From Macrostomum lignano (taxonomy: Eukaryota), in NCBI GenBank assembly GCA_002269645.1, contig NIVC01000726.1, positions 32,400 to 96,399 on the forward strand: DNA of 64,000 nucleotides, in the 5' to 3' direction. A program made the translations under genes and the position numbers. The notes under the pieces are model-generated. The model was not told the origin of the DNA, searched no databases, and saw only the letters and a list, made by a program, of their open reading frames with translations. Below, piece after piece: positions 46,454 to 55,400 of the stretch (positions within the stretch are counted from its first letter, which is position 1; every line of letters starts with the position of its first letter).

Positions 46454-49400
46454 ATGGATATTGAATTATTAGTTGCTGACATTATAAAGAAGCAATGCTC
46501 AGTCCTTCAATTGATTGAATCTTTGCAGTAAGTACTAATTAGAAATTGTTACCAATGTTAATAACTTATTTCTATAATTATATTAATAATTTTAACTTTA
46601 GACCAGATCTAACATCAACTAAAATTGAGCAAAGAGCTGGCGCCATAGGGGAGGTTGCAAATGTTTTGCAAAAATTGCCACCTGCACACTTGAATGAGCA
46701 AGAGGGTGAGTACAATTATCTAGTTATTACATATTTCAAATAAAAATATCTACTATTTGTCTAACTAATTATTTATTATTACCTGTCATCTCTTTTTTCA
46801 GTCACAACCCTTGTTCAGTTTCTATGTGTCAAGTTGGCAGACCATTTTAGTGTGTCAAGTCATGCTATTTTTGGTCTCAAAGCACTGGTAAGACCTTAAA
46901 AAGTGCTTTCCTATATGATAGTACAAACAGTGGCTCAAGTAAAGCATTTGCATACTCTAATTTTCAGTGCTCTTGTGTCAATCTTTCTAATGCAGCTGCA
47001 GAAGCTGTGTTTCGGTCAGTGACTACCGAGCTTCAGGTGCAAACGCTTAACCAGATGGAGCGAATGGCTGTGTATCAGATCTTTCAGCTGCTGCTGCAGA
47101 ACAAATTGCACTGTAAGCCGGTTTACATGGACCCAATGCCCCGATACTGTCGGTTCAGCAGCTGAAAACATTGACAATCTTGATCCCATATCTGACATCC
47201 ACACGGCACACCTGACAGTCCCAATACCATATCTGACAGTCCCGATCCCATATCTGACAGTCCCGATACCACATCTGACAGTCCCGATCCCACAGCTGAC
47301 AGTCCCGATCCCCACAACTAACAGTCGCGATCCCACAGCTGACAGTCCCGATCCCCACAACTAACAGTCCCGATCCCACATCTGACAGTCTCGATACCAC
47401 AGCTGACAGTCCCGATCCCACAACTGGCAATCCCGATCCCACAGCTGAGAGTCCCGATCCCCAAAACTAACAGTCCCGATCCCACAGTTGACAATCCTGA
47501 TCCCACACGTGAGAGTTTCAAAAGTTTTGACAGACCTGTCAGATTATTCCTGAACATTTGCAGTCCTGAAAAGCATCAATCACGACTTCGTGTTCGGTTT
47601 TGTTCGCACCATCGACGCCGAGAAAGATCCGCGCAATCTCCTCATCGTATTCGAACTGTTCCCCCTGGTTGTGGCCGAATTCGATATTACCAGGTTTAGC
47701 GAGGACATGTTCGAAGTTATCGCCTGCTATTTTCCTGTCGATTTCAAGCCTGTAGGTTGATTAATTACTTGAGCAATAGTTGTCTGTGTTATTATTATTT
47801 CTGTGCTATTCTAGTCTCTTACACTTCTCTGCCAAATATTCATGATATTCAGCAAGTTAGAATTGGAGTAATCGTCCCTCATTATAAATAGAATGACGTA
47901 GATTTTTATAAAATAACTACTAAAAGATCAATTTGCTCCTCAATTGCCTAGGCTCAAGGGGAATTTTTCAGATGCCAGGATGCTCACGGGAAATTGTTCA
48001 GATGCCAGAATGCTCACGGGGAATTGTTCAGATGCCAGAATGCTCACGGGAAATTGTTTAGATGCCAGAATGCTCACGGGAAATTGTTCAGATGCTAGGA
48101 TGCTCACGGGGAATTGTTCAGATGCCAGAATGCTCACGGGGAATTGTTCAGATGCCAGAATGCTCACGGGGAATTGTTCAGATGCCAGAATGCTCACGGG
48201 GAATTGTTCAGATGCCAGAATGCTCACGGGGAATTGTTCAGATGCCAGAATGCTCACTGGAAATTGTTCAGATGCCAGAATGCTCACGGGGAATTGTTCA
48301 GATGCCAGAATGCTCACTGGAAATTGTTCAGATGCCAGAATGCTCACTGGAAATTGTTCAGATGCCAGGATGCTCAAGGGGTTCGGATGCCAAGATACTC
48401 GCGGGGAATTGTTCGGATGCCAAGATACCCGCGGGAGTTGTTAAGATGGCCGGATGCTCGCAGCTAGAAAATTGTCCTGATGCCAGAAACTTCTGAAAAA
48501 CGCAATTCCCAGAGCGCTAGCGGAAGCGTCACCCGCGACCAGCTGGTCGAATTGCACAGCCGCTGTTTATCATCCACGCCAATATTCGGTGAATTTATGG
48601 TGCCACTGCTGCTTGAGAAGCTGGCCTCGGATCTGCGCTCCGCCAGGCTCGAGTCATTCAATTTGTTGCGCAGAGCCGCTCCGGTCTATCCGGCCGCGGT
48701 GCTGCTGGGCTACGGCCAGCAGCTGTTGGCCGCATTTCGTCGGGCGATGTTCCGCTCCGCCGTGTCCGACGAGGAACGACGCGTCGCACTGACAGCGTTT
48801 GCCGAAGTTGTCGCCAGAATTGCCCGGTCGGATTGCGACGCCGGCGACGATGCAGAATCTGGCCGCGAGGAGTTCTTCCGCCTATTGCTTAAGGGTGGGA
48901 TTTCTCGGCTTAAAATTAAAGTACTGCTCAAGTTAAAATACTCTGTACTCATTTTCGGATGCTATATAAGCCCGTGACAATCTTTATTCCATGTCTGACA
49001 TCCACACGGCACAGCTGACAGTCCCGATCCCACAGCTTAAAGTCCCGATCCCACAACTGACAGTCCCGATTCCACAGCTGACAGTCCCGATTCCACAGCT
49101 GACAGTCCCGATTCCACAGCTGACAGTCCCGATTCCACAGCTGACAGTCCCGATTCCACAGCTGACAGTCCCGATTCCACAACTGACAGTCCCGATTCCA
49201 CAGCTGACAGTCCCGATTCCACAGCTGACAGTCCCGATTCCACAGCTGACAGTCCCGATTCCACAACTGACAGTCCCGACTCCACAGCTGACAGTCCCGA
49301 TTCCACAGCTGACAGTCCCGATCCCACAGCTGACAGTCCCTTTAACAGACTCAACTATTGCAATATTTGGCGGACGATAACAAAAACACGAGGGCTCAAA

Positions 49401-52400
49401 AGCCAGAATCAGTCGATATATATATTTTAATATTAGGCATGCACAAAGTACGTGCGTACATTACAATCGATAAATTAAAAGGCAACTTGAGCGTGCCCCC
49501 AACCCCCCCCCCAGCGCAGGCCAACCCCAAAACCGCAAATGCAAACTCTCAATATCAAGTCATCACATCCCTTCGCACTTAAGTATGAAAGTAAGATTAA
49601 CAAAAATTAACACTATTAGTAATAATTTAAAAAATATATTGAAGCGAGCAACACAACTAAGGTACCATAATCGAGTTCATCAACAACAGTTACTTCAGCT
49701 GTAAGTCAGTCGCTCAGGTACAGCGCACTTCCTCATCGAACGGCGAAGCTGCGGCATGGCGTCAGGCTCCGCCGCAGCCTCAGTAGCAACGCCGTCAGCA
49801 AAAACTTCGGATGCGTCCTTCGGCACCGCATCGCACTGCGGCACCGCTGCCGCTGGTACCGCCGGCTTGGTCGGAAGCTGACTGACCGCGGCCGGCTTGC
49901 GCACCTGGTCCACGTGCCTGTGTGCGTCTCTGCCGTCATCGAACCGGCACGTGAAGTCGGCCGCACCAGAACTGTCCGTGACTGTCGCCGGTCTCCAGCG
50001 TCCGTCTCTCGCGAAGTCTCGCGCCAGCACCGAGTCGCCGACATTAATGCGGCGGTCGTGCGCGTGGGCATCGTGCTGCTCCTTCTGCAGTGCCTGCTGG
50101 ACGGCCACCCGGGCGGGCAGGTCAGGGCGGACTCGGTCGAGCAACGATTTCAGCCTCCGCCCCATCAGCAGCTCGCAGGGAGCCGTCCCGGTAGTCGCAT
50201 GCGGCGTGACTCGGTACGTCAGCAGGAACCGGGAGACTCGCTCCTCCAGAGAGCCGCTTCGCTGCTTGGCCAGCGCACGCTTCAGAGTCTGAACTGCTCG
50301 CTCTGCTTGGCCGTTGGACGCCGGGTGGTACGGAGCCGTGCGCACGTGCCGGATGCCGTTCTTGCTCAGGAATGTCTCCATCTCCGCGCTGACCAGGTTC
50401 GGACCGTTGTCGGAGACGATCACGTCCGGCAGACCGTGAGTTGCAAAGCTCGACCGCAGCTTCTCGATAGTCGCAGTCGACGACGTCGAAGGCATCACAT
50501 GCACGTCCATCCACTTGGAGTGAGCGTCCACGACAACCAGCAACATCCGGCCCTGGACTGGCCCGGCATAGTCAATGTGCAGGCGTGACCACGGCTTGTC
50601 CGGCCACGCCCACGGCTGCAGTGGAAACGGACCTGGCGACTTCTGCATCTCCTGGCACTCGGTGCACGCGGCGACCAGCCGCTCGATCGCCTCGTCCAGC
50701 TTGGGCCACCAGAAAACGCTTCGAGCCAGCGCCTTCATTCTCGTGGTGCCCTGGTGCCCCTGGTGCAGGCACTGCAGCAGCGCCTCTCGACCGGCCTCGG
50801 GAACTACGACTCGGCAGCCCCAGAGCAGACAGCCGTCTTGGGTGCTCAGCTGGTCGGCTCGCGTGCAGTACGGCTGCAACTCAGGCGGCGGCCGCTCTGG
50901 CCAGCAGCCGGTCTCAGTGAAACGCAGAACTCGGGACAAGTCCGGGTCTGTCCGAGTCCACGTCCGGATGTGCCGAGCCGTCACCGGTCCCTCGTCCAGG
51001 AAGTCCATGAGTAGGACGACTTCAGCTGAAGTTGGCGCTTCCTTCGGCTTCTCCGGCAGCGGCAGCCGACTCAGCGCATCGGCTCGAAGCAGCGACTTGC
51101 CCGCTCGGTGGACCATGGAGTACTGGTAGCCGGCCAGGAGCAGCGCCCACCGCTGGATTCTGCCAGAAGCCAGTGCTGGTATCGGCTTGGACTGGTGCAG
51201 CAGACCGAGCAGCGGCTTGTGGTCGCTCACCAGCTTGAAGTCTCGCCCGAACAGGTACATGTGAAATTTCTGAACTCCGTAGATGACCGCGAGCGCCTCC
51301 TTCTCGAGCTGGGAGTATCGGAACTCGAAGTTGGCCGAGAACGGGCACCAGCTCTCCGGAGTACGTCCGCAGCTGCGTGTTGACTCGCTCGAGTCTGGGA
51401 CGCCCTCGTTGTACTTCGTTGTAGGTCTTCGCAGAGATGAGTGACACAGACTCCCCAGTATCGACCTCCATCCAGACTGGCGTGCCGTCGATGTCGATGG
51501 TGGTCTTAATTGGCGGAATCTTGCCGCCTACGGCGGCGGCCATCACGTGCAGCGAGAAAGCCTCCTCATCTGCCTCCTCCGCCTGCAGCTCTTGGACGGT
51601 CGAGTCGACGCGACGATTAGAAGCTCGCTGCGGCCCCGCCGATCTCTCGTCCCGCTGAGCAGGCGGCGCTGCCTTGCACGCAGCAGCGATGTGTCCGGTT
51701 TTCGAGCATGCGTAGCACTTACTATTGATGAACGGGCACTTTGCAGCCAGGTGGCGCTGGGACAGTCCCGATCCCACAGCTGACAGTCCCGATTCCACAA
51801 CTGACAGTCCCGATCCCACAGCTGACAGTCCCGATTCCACAACTGAAAGTCCCGATTCCACAACTGACAATCCCGATTCCACAGGTGAAAGTCCCGATTC
51901 CACAACTGACAGTCCCGATTCCACAGCTGAAAGTCCCGATGCCACAGCTGACAGTCCCGACCCTACAGACGACAGTCCCGATTCCACAGCTGACAGTCCC
52001 AATTCCACAGCTGACAATCCCAATTCCACAGCTTACAGTCCCGATCCTACAGACGACAGTCCCGATCCTTCGTAACCTTCGAACGTTCGCCGTGAAGTAG
52101 AATTAGTTTCTATCAGTTCAGTAGAAATTTAAACAGAATAAAATATATTTAAAGAGTAAACGGCGCTTTATCTGTGATCCACCCTATTTTTATCGATCTT
52201 CTTCTATGTACATACGAATGTACATTGTTTTGGGCTCTCGGCTTAACCCCATTTTTATTGCCCAGCCGGTCTCATTCCGGGGTTACGCCGCTCTGTACAT
52301 TATCCTCCGCGCTGATTCAATGTACATTGTTCTCTGGCGGGCGTGTTGCTATTTATAGAAGCGAATCAACTCCACCTTTTTTTCTAGAGTGCCGGCCCAA

Positions 52401-55400
52401 TCTACGCGAACTCGACCCGAACGTGATGGAAGCCACTGGCCGAGCCTTGGAATCTGCTGTTGGCGTTGCCGACGCCACGACTAGGCGCCAATTGGTGACT
52501 GGCATCTTGCCGGACATTCTGGCTGGCCTGGCCGATCGGAAAGATGTAAGAAAGTATGATTATTTAATTTTTTGACTGATTCCCGCTGGCGTAATACTTC
52601 GAACCCGACCTCCGCTCCGCAGTCCGCGTCCAAATGCGGCCTTCTCGACATTCTCCGACGGTTGTTGACCGCCTCCCTGTCGTCCTATTCGCCGACGTCC
52701 GTCTCAGTCGAACTCAAAGCCTACCTGTCCGGCGAGCTTGAGTCTATCTGCGCCGCTCTGTACGGCTTGGCTACAGCCGCGGCTGCCGAATCCGCTACCC
52801 CAGATTCAGAGCGGCTGCGCTTAGCCTGCCTAGCAACTATGGGCCGCCTGTGCTCGGAGCCCGGTCTGGCTAGCGACGAGCAGCGGGCCGGCTTTGCCGA
52901 ACACCTGCTGGCCGAATTGGGCGGCGGCCGATCGGGGCAGCAACGGCAGAGGCTGCCGGGCCAGCCAATCAGGCCGATTGTGCGCGACTACGCGCGTCGC
53001 CTGGCTGCTACTAATGCTGACGAGGCAGCCAGCCTCATCAATAAGGGAATGCTCCCATTGGCTACAGGTGAGTTTCGTGTGTCCTTTGCTTGTTACAACT
53101 ACTATCTTTCCTCAAATCTTAAACCTCTTTCTTTAAGAATCATCTAATCGACACAAATCCCTAATCTTCACTAATCCATAATCTTCACTTATCCATAATC
53201 TTTACTAATCCCTAATGTTCACTAATCCCTAATCTTCTTTAATCCACAATCTTCACGAGTTCTCCATCTTCACAGCTTCTCGATAGCAGCAAAAATAGGC
53301 AGTGTAAATTAGCCTACTCTGAGTAGCATTAATAAAAATAATTACTTTTAATAATATGTATCACTTTTATTATTCAATTATCTCTGTACAGAGCACTCGG
53401 ATTTTGGCGTCCGCGCCGACTGTCTGCTGCTGCTTGGCGAATTGTGCGACCTTCCTGAGTCAATTAGCGAGCCTCTGCTTGGGCTGTTGATGAGGCTCTG
53501 TCTGGAGGCTGGCTCGACAGCGGAAGCTGCTCCCAGTGAGATTACTTTTAAATTTGAAGATTGAAAGGAAAAGTAGAATAGATCACCCAATCCTCAGCTT
53601 TATTGGTACTGGATTCCCCACTCCTCACTTAGCTGTATTTGGTACAGGATTCCCCATTCATCACTCAACTGTATCGGTGCGGGGTTTCCATTCATCACTC
53701 AGCTGTATCGGTGCGGGATTCCCCACTCCTCACTTAGCTGTATTTGGTACGGGATTCCCCATTCCTCACTCAGCTGTATTGGTACGGGATTCCCCACCCC
53801 TCACTCAGCTGTATTTGGTACGGGATTCCCCACTCGCTCAGCTGTATTGGTACGGGATTCCCCACCCCTCACTCAGCTGTATTTGGTACGGGATTCCCCA
53901 CTCGCTCAGCTGTATTGATACGGGATTCCCCACCCCTCACTCAGCTGTATTTGGTACGGGATTCCCCATTCCTCACTCAGCTGTATTGGTACGGGATTCC
54001 CCACTCGCTCAGTTGTATTGGTACGGGATTCCCCACCCCTCACTCAGCTGTATTTGGTACGGGATTCCCCACCCCTCACTCAGCTGTATTTGGTACGGGA
54101 TTCCCCACCCCTCACTCAGCTGTATTTGGTACGGGATTCCCCACCCCTCACTCAGCTGTATTTGATACAGGATTCCCCATTCATCACTCAACTGTATCGG
54201 TGCGGGGTTTCCATTCATCACTCAGCTGTATCGGTGCGGGATTCCCATTTATCACTCAACTGTATCGGTGTGGGATTTTCATTCATCACTCAGCTGTATC
54301 GGTGCGGGATTCCCATTCATCACTCAGCTGTATCGGTGCGGGATTCCCATTCATCACTCAGCTGTATCGGTGCGGGATTTTCATTCATCACTCAACTGTA
54401 TCGGTGCGGGATTCCCATTAATCACTCAGCTGTATCGGTGCGGGATTCCTGACTCCTTACTCAGCTGAAGAATATATTACGATTCATGTCAGCAACAGCA
54501 ATTTTATTTTTTCGATACACATTTCAAGAAGCTCACAATAAGTTATGCCAGCACCCGCTATCTTCTACATACTACTGTTACACCAAGTCTCACAGTGTAC
54601 TTTGCCCTCTTACACGCAGCAATCAAGTCTCGTCTAGATGCTCTGTGCCTGGCAACCGAGACCTCCATGGCTTCAACCAACGGCCGTGCGCGCGAATTCG
54701 TTGTTGGCATCTGGACCAGTCAGTTTCAGCAGTTCTTGGCCGCATTTCGTCACTACGAAGCTGGTGGCGACTTGGCCAACGCTGCGTTTGGCTGCGTGCA
54801 AGCTTTTGCGAGAGCGCTCACGGCTGGGTGAGCAGCGATGGTGCCTTCGTGTGTTGTGCTAGGGTTCTTGTTGCTTTGATCTGATTCTGGGATGCGGATG
54901 ACTGACTGACTGACCGACTGAGGCACAGAAAATATTTCAGCACAATAGCAAAATGGCATTCGACATTCTTACAGAGACGAGTCGACATCCGTCAAGTCGG
55001 CGGTGGACTGGACCGCTCAGCAGGCTACGGAGGCCGACTTCCGCCGTCTGCACTGCGCACTGCTTTTCAATTTAACACCGGAGGTATGTTGCTGTCATTG
55101 CTAGGATTCTCCACTCCTCAGGTTTAGGAATTTCCCAATTATCAGGTTTAGGATTCCCCCTAATTCTCAGGTTTAGGATTCCCCTAATTCTCAGGTTTAG
55201 GATTTCCCCTAATTCTCAGGTTTAGGATTCCCTAATTCTCAGGTTTAGGATTCCCCACTCCCCAGGTTTAGGATTCCCCACTCCCCAGGTTTAGGATTCC
55301 CCACTCCCCAGGTTTAGGATTCCCCACTCCTCAGGTTTAGAATTCCCCACTCCTCAGGTTTAGGATTTTCCCTATTCTCAGATTTAGGATTCCCTAATTC

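Noticed and set aside
49733-51383. Overlapping and antisense ORFs over the integrase
   Set aside because: Expected by-products of GC-rich coding sequence; no motifs.
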